Positions 5,056 to 5,615 of a stretch of 5,615 bases of DNA are shown piece by piece. The notes under the pieces were generated by a model, which searched no databases, had not been told where the DNA came from, and saw only the letters and a program-made list of their open reading frames with translations. The DNA is from a virus. The stretch spans positions 1 through 5,615 of IMG/VR virus record IMGVR_UViG_3300045988_089674; one strand, written 5' to 3'. Each line of letters starts with the position of its first letter. The stretch's first letter is position 1. The translations under genes and the position numbers were made by a program.

Positions 5056-5451
5056 TTACACCCCCTTTCTGTATTTTTTCCCGGTTCGTACATCAAAGTG
5101 CACCCAACTTTTGTACACGATAATGCCACATTCATCCGGGATGATTTCATTTAGTTTGTTGGCAATTTCTTTTGGGCTCATTCCATCTACTTTGATGTCT
5201 GCGGCCATGCCGCGCATGTGATATGAGTATTTTGCTCCACCGCATTTTGTGTTCCACTCTGGTGTTCTGTATCCGCTGGTGATGATTACCGGTTTTCCTA
5301 TCTTATGTCGTAAGATATCCAGAATGGTGTATAAGTAGTCGTCTATGAATACTACCGGACTGCCGTCTTTACATGCAAATTCTTTTACTTTGAAGTGTCT
5401 TCCTAGTTTTACGTTTCCGTCTGTGTTTACAAGGTAGCTTTTAATGCTCAT
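5056..5451 (-). CDS. Zinc D,D-/L,D-peptidase of the M15 (Peptidase_M15_3 / LAS) type, putative endolysin, 131 aa
   Basis: Motifs: FKVKEFACKDG, SGYRTPEWN..CGGAKYSYH(78)MRGMAAD(85) (H-x6-D zinc ligands, nt 5218-5220 and 5197-5199) and SWVH(118)FDV (third ligand, nt 5098-5100). SD-like AGAGGAAA lies about 5 nt before the ATG at 5451. No N-terminal signal or TM segment. Confidence 0.85.
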   Translation of the reverse strand: MSIKSYLVNTDGNVKLGRHFKVKEFACKDGSPVVFIDDYLYTILDILRHKIGKPVIITSGYRTPEWNTKCGGAKYSYHMRGMAADIKVDGMSPKEIANKLNEIIPDECGIIVYKSWVHFDVRTGKKYRKGV

Positions 5452-5475
5452 AGCCGTTTCCTCTCTTTTTGTTTT

Positions 5476-5495
5476 TTATGATATTATTATGATAT
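5476..5495. repeat. Direct repeat TTATGATAT x2 with 11-bp phasing (5476-5484, 5487-5495), overlapping the -10 region and predicted transcription start
   Basis: Read directly. On the minus strand it is ATATCATAA-TA-ATATCATAA. Confidence 0.8.
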
Positions 5496-5517
5496 CATTT
5501 TTTTTGATGCCTGTCAA
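5489..5517 (-). promoter_or_regulatory. Strong sigma70-type promoter for the main minus-strand transcription unit
   Basis: The minus strand reads TTGACA (5517-5512, perfect -35), a 17-nt spacer, then TGaTATCAT (extended -10; TATCAT at 5494-5489). It lies about 40 nt upstream of the peptidase ATG. It straddles the arbitrary linearisation point, so it is intact only in this copy (the -35 is duplicated at 16-21). Confidence 0.7.
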
Positions 5518-5615
5518 TTGTCCTTTTGGTTTGAATGGCGCTTTAGCGCCTTGCCGTGCGTAGCGTATGCGGAGCTCGGCTAAATTCATTCCTTTTTAGC
5601 GCTGTGCGCGTCATG
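5497..5615. repeat. Terminal direct repeat, copy 2 (identical to 1..119)
   Basis: See copy 1; offset exactly 5496 nt. Confidence 0.95.

Noticed and set aside
403-5154. All plus-strand ORFs in the track (e.g. 403-720, 821-1078, 1998-2324, 2439-2735, 3953-4450, 3960-4274, 4481-4798, 4945-5154), several very hydrophobic and holin-like in appearance
   Set aside because: They are antisense to well-supported microvirus genes. Their Phe/Leu/Cys-rich composition is the expected artefact of translating the T-rich complement of an A-rich coding strand. They lack convincing SDs, and Microviridae transcribe one strand only.
5476-5500. Possible dif/XerCD recombination site (some gokushoviruses integrate at dif) in the AT-rich ATGATAT repeats
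   Set aside because: The element is a direct repeat, not the imperfect palindrome (CATAA-6 nt-TTATG) of dif sites, and neither orientation aligns with the XerC and XerD arms. I saw no other dif-like motif by eye.

Overview
This window is a complete, circularly permuted genome of a small ssDNA phage of the family Microviridae, with a Gokushovirinae-like gene set. It is shown as the complement of the coding (viral-sense) strand. Bases 1-119 recur exactly at 5497-5615, so the unit genome is 5,496 nt and the repeat is an assembly overlap of a circle. All credible genes lie on the minus strand in one tightly packed array. In minus-strand 5'->3' order they are: a near-consensus sigma70-type promoter (5517-5489); an M15/LAS zinc peptidase (endolysin-like, 5451-5056); and two 38-codon ORFs with strong Shine-Dalgarno (SD) sites that the >=60 aa ORF track missed (a +9 charged J/VP8-like peptide, 4971-4855, and an amphipathic helical peptide, 4823-4707). 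These are followed by a VP5-like gene, a VP3 scaffold-like gene, the VP1 major capsid gene, an intrinsic terminator, the VP2 pilot/minor capsid gene and a second intrinsic terminator. Next comes a 337-nt non-coding region carrying eight same-orientation copies of TGTTGAA(AAC) and two palindromes, then the VP4 rolling-circle Rep (HUH plus YxxxY). The points most worth follow-up are the iteron-plus-hairpin module upstream of rep (candidate origin or control region), the signal-less peptidase as first gene with no recognisable holin, the two unannotated mini-genes, and perfect 18-bp in-frame tandem repeats in VP3 and VP2. Family assignments rest on motifs I recognise by eye; no database search was possible.
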